Below, piece by piece: positions 39,100 to 49,639 of a DNA stretch of 64,000 nt. Under the pieces are notes generated by a model that had not been told where the DNA came from, searched no databases, and saw only the letters and a list, made by a program, of their open reading frames with translations. This DNA comes from Tubulanus polymorphus (lineage: Eukaryota; Animalia; Nemertea), in contig NC_134027.1 of assembly GCF_964204645.1 (NCBI RefSeq), positions 25,754,560-25,818,559 of the forward strand, in the 5' to 3' direction. The position numbers and the translations under genes are program-made. Each line of letters starts with the position of its first letter. Position 1 is the stretch's first letter.

Positions 39100-40137
39100 A
39101 TGCCAGTAACGACGATTAGGAACGACTCAAACGGGTCGTGGGGAAATTCGACGCATGATGAGCAAGATTGTCCACTGAATAAGGAAACTTTAAACATTAT
39201 AATCGTGTTTGTTTACTGTTTACCAGTAATTTGGACCACTGGATTTTTCCTCAATGTTTACACGTATTTCGTTCTCTATCGTTTCAAATCAGAAGTAACC
39301 ACGTATTACATTCTACGTCTGTTGACAATAGCGGACAATATTTTCCTACTGGGCTTTGCTGTTACAAAGTCTGGACGATATTTCGACAGCCTGCTTAAGT
39401 TTGGTAGGAACATTCAATATTTTGAGAGCAGGGGGTTTATTGGTCCGGTTCTCAAACGCCATACAGGTATTGTGCAAGAAATTTTCAAAATGGTTAGAAA
39501 TCTGATTACGATGTTGATTAGTCTGGAACGACTGACTGTCGTGTTTTTCCCGTTTAAATCTAAATTCATATGTACTAAACGCAATTGTAAAATTTGTTTA
39601 TTGATCATAGTTATTATGAGTATTACGACTCAAGGCTGGCAGTATTTCACTAGAGATATTAAACGAATTGATGTTCTTTGCCCTTTTAGAAGAAAGCTGT
39701 GGGTCTCAGTGCGCCCTCCGCCCCGATTTTCAAAACCAACAAGCTTGATACACGTATTAGGCATATTCGTACCATTTTTCGGTATAGGTCTTGCAAATAT
39801 AATTCTAGTAATTTCATTGCATCAAGCTTCTAAAAAGCGCTCGGAAATTAGTACCAAAAAAACGAATGACAATCAAGCCGTAATACTAGCGATTTCAGTA
39901 ATAACAGCATTTTCTTTATTCGAAATGCCAATGGCTTTGCACAAGTTGCTTAATCAATTTTTCAAATTCAGCGGTTTTATCCCAAATCTTGATTTCTACT
40001 TTGTAGCGGCCTTGTTTGTACAGATTGATTCCTCGGTTAATTTTTTAGTTTATTGTTTATCGAGTAAAAAATTCCGATCGCTTGCGTTCAACAGTTGCCC
40101 GCATTGGAATCGTAGGAGTAGCTACAACTGGTTTTGA
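39100..40137 (+). CDS. Intronless class A GPCR, cluster paralogue 2
   Basis: Same motifs as paralogue 1. First ATG is at 39100; the ORF-track start at 39085 is TTG. Confidence 0.92.
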   Translation: MPVTTIRNDSNGSWGNSTHDEQDCPLNKETLNIIIVFVYCLPVIWTTGFFLNVYTYFVLYRFKSEVTTYYILRLLTIADNIFLLGFAVTKSGRYFDSLLKFGRNIQYFESRGFIGPVLKRHTGIVQEIFKMVRNLITMLISLERLTVVFFPFKSKFICTKRNCKICLLIIVIMSITTQGWQYFTRDIKRIDVLCPFRRKLWVSVRPPPRFSKPTSLIHVLGIFVPFFGIGLANIILVISLHQASKKRSEISTKKTNDNQAVILAISVITAFSLFEMPMALHKLLNQFFKFSGFIPNLDFYFVAALFVQIDSSVNFLVYCLSSKKFRSLAFNSCPHWNRRSSYNWF

Positions 40138-41352
40138 TGACGAATAGCTGTTTGAGTGATGTCCATGGTTCGAACCCAACAATTGTTAGTACCTGATTAA
40201 AAATGAAACAATATTCGCTCCATCGGAACGTGATCAATACCGCCATCAGAATAGCATGATTTTACATTGACTCAAATTTCACAAGCGCCATCTATCGTAT
40301 TTAAGAATAAATGTCTAGATTGACAATTGGAAACATAATGGTCGTTTCTAGATAAGTTCAATAACGTTAGACATTAATTACGTTGCCTAATTAGCTCATT
40401 TTTCCAGTAATTCGAACAGGTTTTGAATTCACAGACGCTTCTCTATACTGATCTAGTTTCATTTCGGGGAATTTCTATAAATGTATCCGGGGTCGAAAAA
40501 GTTTTTCTACCTTGAACCCCATCTAGCGGTTTTTCGGTGAACTAAAATCACAATAGATCATTTGTGAGCGTGCGACTGAAGTTTCTGTGTTGGACAAATG
40601 AGCTGAGAATGGTTCTGTGACAGTCGAGGGTTCTTTCTCTGGCAATCGAGGATTAGAGCATTTTCCCAGCAAAAGTGTAAATAATCTAAAGTGATCATTG
40701 GTCTTACATTACAACAATGCGTTTGATATACATCTTTTTTTTCATGAATATGAAGTTGTCCCTAATTCCTAGAGATCCGAAGGTCAAATAGAGGATGAAC
40801 AGGAGTGTCCCATGTTCGAACCCATTCTACTGTAACTGATTGTAAATGCCGAGATAAGAATGAAAAATGAAATCAGTTGCGTCACATAGATTTATATACA
40901 TCTAGAGGAGTAGTGCTTTAAATGCAAAACATTTTAATCTGACGCACGAGCTTAATAGATTTATATACAATGGAAAATGATATGAAAATATGAAAGGTTC
41001 ATCAAGTTTCATCAACAACGAAAATCAGTAAATGGTAAAACAGCTTTATAGATTTATTATTCATTCATCTATTCGCCACACGTATATCATACATATCATA
41101 TTCCATTATGATTTAATAGACAGTATTTGAGCCGATTATTTCATTATCTCCACCGCTGCAAGTAAATCTCGGAGGCGAATTCATTTTGGATAATTTTATT
41201 TACGCCACGAGCGCTATTCTTCTGTGGTCGGTTTCGTAGTCAAGACTGAAAACTTGTGCAACCATTATTCATCACGCTGTAATTAAATCTCTGAGGTGGA
41301 TTGACTCTCCATCTCTCTCTCCTCTCTCTTTCCTCTCTTGCTCGGCACGTCA

Positions 41353-42384
41353 ATGCCAGTAACGACGATTAGGAACGACTCAAACGGGTCGTGGGGAAAT
41401 TCGACGCATGATGAGCAAGATTGTCCACTGAATAAGGAAACTTTAAACATTATAATCGTGTTTGTTTATTGTTTACCAGTAATTTGGACCACTGGATTTG
41501 TCCTCAATGTTTACACGTATTTCGTACTCTATCGTTTCAAATCAGAAGTAACCACGTATTACATTCTACGTCTGTTGACAATAGCAGACAATATTTTCCT
41601 ACTGGGTTTTGCTGTTACAAAGTCTGGACGATATTTCGACGGACTGCGTAAGTTTGGTAAAGACATTCATTATTTTGACAAGAGAGAATTCATCGGTCCG
41701 GTCCTCGTACGCCATACAGGTATCGTTCAAGAAATTTTCAAAATGGTTAGAAATCTGATTACGATGTTGATTAGTCTGGAACGACTGACCGTCGTGTTTT
41801 TCCCGTTTAAATCTAAATTCATTTGTACTAAACGCAATTGTAAAATTTGTTTATTGATCATAGTTATTATGAGTCTTACGACTCAAGGCTGGCAGTATTT
41901 CACTAGAGATATTAAACGAATTGATGTTCTTTGCCCTTTTAAAAGAAAGCTGTGGGCTTTAGTGCGCGCTCCGCCCCGATTTTCAAAACCAACAAGCTTG
42001 ATACACGTATTAGGCATATTCGTACCATTTTTCGGTATAGGTCTTGCAAATATAATTCTAGTAATTTCATTGCATCAAGCTTCTAAAAAGCGCTCGGAAA
42101 TTAGTACCAAAAAAACGAATGACAACCAAGCCGTAATACTAGCGATTTCAGTAATAATAGCATTTTCTTTATTCGAAATGCCAATGGCTTTGCACAAGTT
42201 GCTTAATCAATTTTTCAAATTCAGCGGTTTTATCCCAAATCTTGATTTCTACTTTGTAGCGGCCTTGTTTGTACAGATTGATTCCTCGGTTAATTTTTTA
42301 GTTTATTGTTTATCGAGTAAAAAATTCCGATCGCTTGCGTTCAACAGTTGCCCGCATTGGAATCGTAGGAGTAGCAACAACTGA
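41353..42384 (+). CDS. Intronless class A GPCR, cluster paralogue 3
   Basis: Near-identical to paralogue 2 except in extracellular loop 1. ATG at 41353. Confidence 0.92.
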   Translation: MPVTTIRNDSNGSWGNSTHDEQDCPLNKETLNIIIVFVYCLPVIWTTGFVLNVYTYFVLYRFKSEVTTYYILRLLTIADNIFLLGFAVTKSGRYFDGLRKFGKDIHYFDKREFIGPVLVRHTGIVQEIFKMVRNLITMLISLERLTVVFFPFKSKFICTKRNCKICLLIIVIMSLTTQGWQYFTRDIKRIDVLCPFKRKLWALVRAPPRFSKPTSLIHVLGIFVPFFGIGLANIILVISLHQASKKRSEISTKKTNDNQAVILAISVIIAFSLFEMPMALHKLLNQFFKFSGFIPNLDFYFVAALFVQIDSSVNFLVYCLSSKKFRSLAFNSCPHWNRRSSNN

Positions 42385-43004
42385 TTTTGATGACGAATAG
42401 CTGTTTGAGTGATGTCCATGGTTCGAACCCAACAATTGTTAGTACCTGATTAAAAATGAAACAATATTTGCTACATCTGAACGTGATCAGTACCGCCATC
42501 AGAATAGCATGATTTTGCATTGACTCAAATTTCACAAGCGCCATCTATCGTATTTAAGAATAAATGTCTAGATTGACAATTGGAAACATAATGGTCGTTT
42601 CTAAATAAGTTCAATAACGTAAGCCATTAATTACGTTGCCTAATTGGGTAATTTTTCCAGTAATTCGAACAGGTTTTGAATTCACAGACGCTTCTCATTA
42701 CTGATCTAGTTTCATTTCGGGGAATTTCTATAAATGAATCCGGGGTCGAAAAAGTTTTTCTACGTTGAACCCCATCTAGCGGTTTTTCGGTGAACTAAAA
42801 TCACAATAGAACCTTTGTGAGCGTGCGACTGAAGTTTCTGTGTTGGACGAATGAGCTGAGAATGGGTCTGTGGCAGTCAAGGTTCTTCCTCTGGCAATCG
42901 AAGATCAGATAATTTTTCCAGCATAAATAATCTAAAATGATCATAATCTAAAATGGTCTTACATTTAAACAATGCGTTTGATATAAAATTAGTGAATGTT
43001 TTTC

Positions 43005-43495
43005 ATTAGGGTTTTCTGACTTTCGTCGAAAACCCTCTTGAAATTCTGTTGATTATTATTATTATTATATATTTTCCGCCGATTTCGTCAAATAAAATTC
43101 ATCTTCATTCAGATTCGGCAACTGACAGCTTCGAAACGAAATGTATAAATTGATACTGTAATAACGGTCTCTCTGAACCAACAGATTGTCTGAATGTACT
43201 TTCCATCCTATTTGAAACTTAAAATTACTTATTAGGTTACTGTAAATAAAGAATTGAATTGAATTGTTAGACAACAAGCACCGGCGAAATAACAGTTGTG
43301 AAGTCATTTAGTAAGTAAATAAAGGGGGCTCCGAGAATTTCCAAATCACGGGGGACTATACTGGGGTTAGACCATTCAACCAAAAAGAGGATTGCTCCGA
43401 TAATATCCAAATCATCTCGAATACCCGGTAATTAATTTTTCCTTTCGATCACATGCATCCAGAAAACCCATTATCGCTGCTTTGCAGCTATATTT
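43005..43495 (+). mobile_element. Helentron-associated (HINE/DINE-like) non-autonomous element
   Basis: 5' AGGGTTTTC...GAAAACCCT subterminal hairpin, then (ATT)n; 3' GAAAACCC plus GCTGC-TTT-GCAGC hairpin and TATATTT end. Interrupts the spacer relative to the copy near 35650. Confidence 0.6.
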
Positions 43496-43499
43496 TCAA

Positions 43500-44460
43500 A
43501 TTGTAATCTCATTTGATTTTCTCATTTGATTTTCTCAGTCTACCGTAAACCTATCAACGCTGAGGCATACCTTCACTTCTTTTCGTTTACGGCTAAATCA
43601 ATCAAAATTGGTCTCGCTCAAGGCCTCTTTCTCCGTGCACTACGGATCTACGATGAAACCTTCCTTTCGGCTGAATTTGACCATATATCCAACTCTCTCA
43701 AAAATTGGCTTACTCTGATCACATTTTGAAAATCGCTATTTCTAAGGCTAAACGTACTTTCTTCAATTCTAAACCTCCAGAAAATAAAAAACACATTTCA
43801 GAGTTCATTGTAGTTCCATATATACCTGTTTTGGAAAAGTTTCGTCACTCTCTCCCTTTATTGGATAAACAAATCATTTTCACGTATGAAAACAAAATTA
43901 GTAAGACTTTGGTTAAAAACAATCAATCTAAACCTTTGGACTGCGGAGTTTACAAAATTCCTTGTTTTGGCTGTGATAAAATTTACTTTGGAGAAACTTT
44001 TCGTGAATCAAATACTCGAATTTCGGAACACAAAAAAGGATATTATAAATTAACAACCAGCTAGTGGCGTAGCCAATCACGTTTGGAACACTGGTCATAG
44101 TTTTAATTTTGATGAAGCCGAAATTATTTATACTTCCAGCAGTTACAATAAACGCCACATAGTTTGAGTCTGCCTTAATTACTCGTCACTCAGATATTAG
44201 TACCAATTTGAATAATGGCTTTTCTCCGCACAAGTCCCTTCTTTCTAAGTATATTACTTCATGCCTTGCCAAACACTAATAATTTACTCACTCACCAATT
44301 TACTCAATTAACCTGTTCTCCTCTGTATATATACCTCACACCTGACGATGATCTTAAGGGTCAGATCGAAACGTCGTGTATTCTATATATTTTAGATTGA
44401 ATAAATGGATTCTTGTTTTTAAATTCTTTTAATCTGTAGATAGTGGGTTTTTAACTTATT
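43500..44460 (+). mobile_element. 5'-truncated, frameshifted Penelope-like retroelement (RT C-terminus, GIY-YIG endonuclease, pLTR)
   Basis: SVYRKP..YLHFFS..GLFLRALRI (RT C-terminus); VVPYIP; GVYKIPCFGCDKIYFGETFR..TRISEHK (GIY-YIG); 3' hammerhead motif. Confidence 0.9.
44338..44379 (+). ncRNA. Minimal type I hammerhead ribozyme motif of the Penelope pLTR
   Basis: ACAC-CTGACGA-T-GATCT-taagggtc-AGATC-GAAA-CGTC-GTGT: intact core, stem I ACAC/GTGT, stem II GATCT/AGATC, palindromic ACGT stem III, GUC cleavage triplet. Confidence 0.8.
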
Positions 44461-44925
44461 GTGAAACATTTTATTTGACGCACGAGCTTAATAGATTTAT
44501 ATACAACGAGATGAGTAGTGCTTTAAATGTTAAACATTTTATTTGACGCACGAGCTTTATAGATTTATATACAATGGAAAATGATATGAAAAATATGAAA
44601 GCTTTTCCAACAAAACTCATTTTACATTCATCTATTTGCCACATGTATATCATCATAATCGGTGTATTATTCTGTTAACAGACAATGGTTAGCGATTATT
44701 TCATTTTCTCCACTGCTGTAAGGAGTAAATTGAATTAGAATGATTTGATTTACGCCACGAGCGCTATTCTTCTGGGGTCGTCGGTTTCGTTGTCGAGACT
44801 GGAAACTTGTGCACACATTATTCATGATGCTGAATCTCGAAGGTGGATTTGACCTACGTGCAATGAGATAATTGCTCTTAGATTTGATTCTCCCCTCACT
44901 CTCTCTCCCCCCTCACTCTCTCGGC

Positions 44926-45963
44926 ATGTCGCTGTCAGTAACGACGATTAGAAGCTACTCAAACCGGTCGACGGAAAATTCTACAGTTGGAAAAGATTGT
45001 CCACTGAATAAGGAAACATTAAATATTATAATCGTGTTTGTTTATTGTTTACCTGTAATTTGGACCACTGGATTTTTCCTCAATGTTTACACGTATTTCG
45101 TTCTCTATCGTTTCAAATCAGAAGTAACCACGTATTACATTCTACGTCTGTTGACAATAGCGGACAATATGTTCCTACTGGGTTTTGCTGTTACAAAGTC
45201 TGGACAATTTTTCGACGGACTGCTTAAGTTTGGTAACGACATTCATTATTTTGACACGAAAGACTCAATTGGAGCGTTCCTCGTACGCCATACAGCTATT
45301 GTGCAAGAAATTTTCAAAATGATTAGAAATCTACTGACGATGCTGATTAGTCTGGAACGACTGACTGTCGTGTTCTTTCCATTAAAATCTAAAATGCTGT
45401 GCACTAGACGCAATTGTAACATTTGTTTATTGATCATGGTTATTATGAGTCTTGCCACTCAAGTCTGGCAGTATTTTGCCAGAGATATTAAACAAATAAA
45501 TGTTCTTTGCCCTTTTAGAAGAAAGCTGTGGGTCTTGGTGCGCCCTCCGCCCCGATTATCAAAACCAATAAGCTTGATACACATATCAGGAATATTTGTA
45601 CCATTTATCGGTCTAGGTCTTGCAAATATAATTATAGTCATATCATTGCATCAAGCTTCTAAAAGGCGCTCGGAAATCAGCGCTCAAAAAATTAATGACA
45701 ACCAAGCCGTAATACTAGCGCTATCAGTAATAACAGCATTTGCTTTATTCGAAATGCCGATGGCTTTGCACAAATTGCTTAATAATCTTTTCAAATTCAG
45801 AGGTTTTATCCCAAATCTTAATTTCTACTATGTGGCGGCCTTGTTTGTTCAGCTTGATTCCTCGGTTAATTTTTTAGTTTATTGTTTATCGAGTAAAAAA
45901 TTCCGATCGCTTGCGTTCAACGGTTGCCCGCATCGGAGGCGCAGTGAGTTAATACGGTTTTGA
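44926..45963 (+). CDS. Intronless class A GPCR, cluster paralogue 4
   Basis: Same motifs. ATG at 44926 aligns with the paralogue 1 start. Confidence 0.92.
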   Translation: MSLSVTTIRSYSNRSTENSTVGKDCPLNKETLNIIIVFVYCLPVIWTTGFFLNVYTYFVLYRFKSEVTTYYILRLLTIADNMFLLGFAVTKSGQFFDGLLKFGNDIHYFDTKDSIGAFLVRHTAIVQEIFKMIRNLLTMLISLERLTVVFFPLKSKMLCTRRNCNICLLIMVIMSLATQVWQYFARDIKQINVLCPFRRKLWVLVRPPPRLSKPISLIHISGIFVPFIGLGLANIIIVISLHQASKRRSEISAQKINDNQAVILALSVITAFALFEMPMALHKLLNNLFKFRGFIPNLNFYYVAALFVQLDSSVNFLVYCLSSKKFRSLAFNGCPHRRRSELIRF

Positions 45964-46286
45964 TGGAGTGATGTCCATGGTTGGAACCCAAACTGTAATT
46001 ACTAGCAAGACACATATAATACCAAAGCTTAGATGTAAACAGAATTGCAAAATTTATTTCAAAACACATTAAAAAACAATTGTGGCCTTATATATTCGAA
46101 CACTTTAAATCAAATTCATTGAGTCGTAACGGGTTCGAAATGTTTCCTTGAACTAATATCTAATTCGATGTTACGGCTATATATCCTAATAGCAAACTTC
46201 CAGAATACAGAATATTAGCTCAAGGACTCGTTTATCTTTCTTATTGTGGGACACCGTGCTATCGTAATCATCAATGGTTTACAGTG

Positions 46287-47815
46287 TCATTCTGCTGACT
46301 GGTGAGCGGTTATGACAGGCATTTCCAGCTGACCAGGTGATATAACATACACTCGTATTTCTTCCCCAAGCTCTGAAACGACTTTACACCGCCTGTGTTC
46401 ATTAAAACTCTTCCACCACGGAGGCAACAAAACTATTACGGAACAGACTATAGAAACTGCAGTAAAATAAAGCGACAATCTATAATCACCACTGGTAGAA
46501 TAAATCCAGCCAGCGATCGGGGCTCCGATGATCAGTCCTATACCGCAGGCGAAACAAGTATAACAGAATCCAATTTCTAATCGCTCGTAGCCAAGAACAT
46601 CACTCGTTATAGCTGGCAGTAATACTCCATAAGGTACCGACATAAAACTAGATGCACAACCGAATATAAGCATTATCCAGAATTCTTTCGTTAAAGTCAT
46701 TAGTATTACACATATCGCCATTATCATATACGATAATAGCGCCTGAGAAAACATGTGCACTTTCTTCATATGAGCGAAAACACCTTGGATAATACGGCCT
46801 GTAAAATTAGCAATACCGTATCCCATTAAAAAGCGGCTGGCATCTAGTTTACTGACGTTTGTTTGGTACTGCACCAGAGCCGTCAGATGCACGAACATTA
46901 CTGACAATGCCATCGTGAATAGAAGCCCATTGATGAGCAATAGTATAAAAGGTACGCATTTCAAAATCGAAAGTTTTAAGACGTTCTTTTTGGTTTTTGG
47001 CTGTTCGTGGTGTTTTAGTTTAGGAACCAGGCGAATCATTACTCCGCATACAGTCAGATTAAGAGAAATACCAGCTAGAATCAACAGGCTACCGCGCCAA
47101 CCGTATGATACAATGGTAGATTCAATTATAAGCGGCATTACAATCGTTCCTAATCCTATTCCGGAGATTGCAAATCCTTGCGCCAATGCCTGTTTTTCAG
47201 GGAAAAATGTAGGTGCCATGACAATTAACGGCGAGAATGAAATACCATAACCAAATCCTGAAAAACATACATAGGTTCAGCCGATCGGTGACCGATTCTT
47301 GATCTAAATGAACTTCAAATGACCATCCCTTACCTGTTATTATACCGAATGTAACCATTAAAACGTAGATATTATTAGCAAATACGGCTGACAACATCCC
47401 GGTAAACGAAACAAATCCGGAAATTATAAATACCCAGCTATAGCCGATATAACTGACTAGGACTCCTGCTAATGGACCTGCAAAGTGGATGATAATAATA
47501 ATAGGTATAAAATAAACATCAGTATGAAATAAAAACGAGCTGAGAAAATAGTAATTTAAAACACTTGGAGAATTACATACCCAGCAAACACGACAGACCG
47601 ATATTTAACGATGCTACAGTACTCGTTAACGAATAACTCTCACCAAACGACTCAATCCATTCGACGTAATAAATACTCGTAGAGTATGAGATTCCAGCTG
47701 TTATGAATCCTGCAATAAACGCTGATATAACGACAATCCAACGTGATTCTGGCACCGGACAGGTTTTTCTACTGACCGAACTAGACACATTCCAAGTTGT
47801 TTTCAATATAGCCAT
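46287..47815 (-). CDS. SLC16/monocarboxylate-transporter-family MFS protein, copy A (3 exons)
   Basis: Exons 47815-47581, 47477-47334, 47257-46287. Motifs RWIVVISAF, FGIITGFGYG, FPEKQALAQGFAISGIGLG, YGWRGSLLILAG, GAPIAGWIY..SGDY. Confidence 0.92.
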
Positions 47816-48235
47816 CGTAGTTTCAATATGCTTCAATATCCACAATTTTCAAAAATAGTGAAGTTCAGGTACAATCTATTCAGTTTTAAAAACTAGTTCT
47901 CGCCAGTGTCATTTGCTAACATCAAAATGTGACAGCGCACGTATTATAATTAAACTAGTTAACACGATGCTTTATGAGCCCGTTCGTCACCATCCACAAA
48001 TAGTTTCTTTCCGACTAAAGATTTATTCTAGGTTTAAGTAGGTTAGAAATCGAGTTTTTATTTATACAGAAATAAAGCCGTCGAGCGCGCTCTATTCATG
48101 TAGCAATGTGGGCCCAAGTGGGGCAATAGTGCAAGGGTGAAGGAACACATTCCATACGTTGGTAGTGATTCGGTTCTTCAATATTTCACGTGATTCAAAG
48201 ATCTACCCACTTTAAACAGGTGGTATGGTGTACTG

Positions 48236-48716
48236 GTCGACCGAATGACTTGAAGACTGGATGACTGGACGACTGAACGACTGGATGACTGGATGACTAG
48301 ACGACTGGTCGACTAGATGACTATGTGACTGGAACACTGGGCGACTGGTCGAATGGAAGACTGGGTGATTAGTCGACTGGATGACATAACCATCATCCCC
48401 ATCTCCACCATCTCTACAATCACCTTCTCCAGCATCGCTACCATCATCACCACCATCCGCACCATTTACATCATCTTACCCATCACCATCATCTCCATCA
48501 CCTCCACAATCACCTTCTTCAGCGTTACCACAATTACCATCATCTCTACCATCACCATCATTACCTTCTCCAGTATCAAACCATCCCCAGCATCACCAGC
48601 ATCACCATCTCCGGCATCACTATCCTCAACCACGATCACCACCATCTGCACCATTAACACCATTTCAACCATCACCACCATGTTCACTATCACCAGTTGC
48701 ACCATCTGCACCATCA
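48236..48716. repeat. Low-complexity repeats: (GACTGGAT)-like array followed by a degenerate (CAC/CAT)n tract
   Basis: Seen directly; produces the shadow ORFs 48353-48745 and 48466-48750. Confidence 0.85.
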
Positions 48717-49639
48717 GTGAACCGTTTTGCAATATAGCCCGGTAGGTCACTGTTCTTCGGCATTCTTAGCAAAGTATAAAACAAACCGTTATTTGTCGCC
48801 GTGACGTGGTTTCGTTGGAAGTTTCCGAATATCAGACATACTAGTACAAGAGATCGAATACTGGTGTGTTCGAAATATTTTTCTTTGTATTAGTCAGTTC
48901 CACGACGCACTGTGCGTAAATGGTGTTATCAGGGCCAAGAACGACAAAATAGTTTACGTATCTATCTTAATTATCGTATCTATACCAGTTACTCAGTACA
49001 AATGCGCGAGTATCGAACCCATTGATACTGAATCTATGTAGTTTTGATGACGAATAGATGATGGGTAGGGGTGTCCAAGGTTCGAACCCAGAATGTAGTA
49101 ACTGATACTCTGATGCTGATTGTTTGATGCTGATGCACAATATTCTGTGGATGGACAGGGGTGTCCTGGGTTCAAACCCAGTAACTTTTAGTATTTTAAA
49201 AAATCGCTCAATCGGAACGTGATCACTACCACCATTCACTATCAGGGCCCAGTGACAAGCAGGTTCGTGTGCTGGCTGTGTAGGTAACACTTCAGTCCCG
49301 TTTTGATCCAACAATAAAGTGAGTCGTGGAAAAACAAGAAGCAAGATAGACATAACACCAAGGTCAAGTCTTAGATGTAACAGAATTGCAAAATTTATTT
49401 CAGAATACATTGAGAACGAGCTGTGGCCTAAAATACTCAAACATTTTAAATCAAAATGCAGTTTCATTGAGTCATAACGAGTTCGAAATGTTTCCTTGAA
49501 CTATTATCTAATTTTATATTTCGACTACAACATCCTAATAGCCAACTTCAGGAATACTGGATGTTAGCTCAAGAAAACATTTTAGACTCGTGTTTCGTTA
49601 TTTTGGGATTCAATATCATCGTAACGACAGAGTGTTTCA

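Noticed and set aside
48353-48750. Thr/Ile-rich mucin-like or membrane ORFs on both strands
   Set aside because: Degenerate CAC/CAT low-complexity tract with no splice or domain support.
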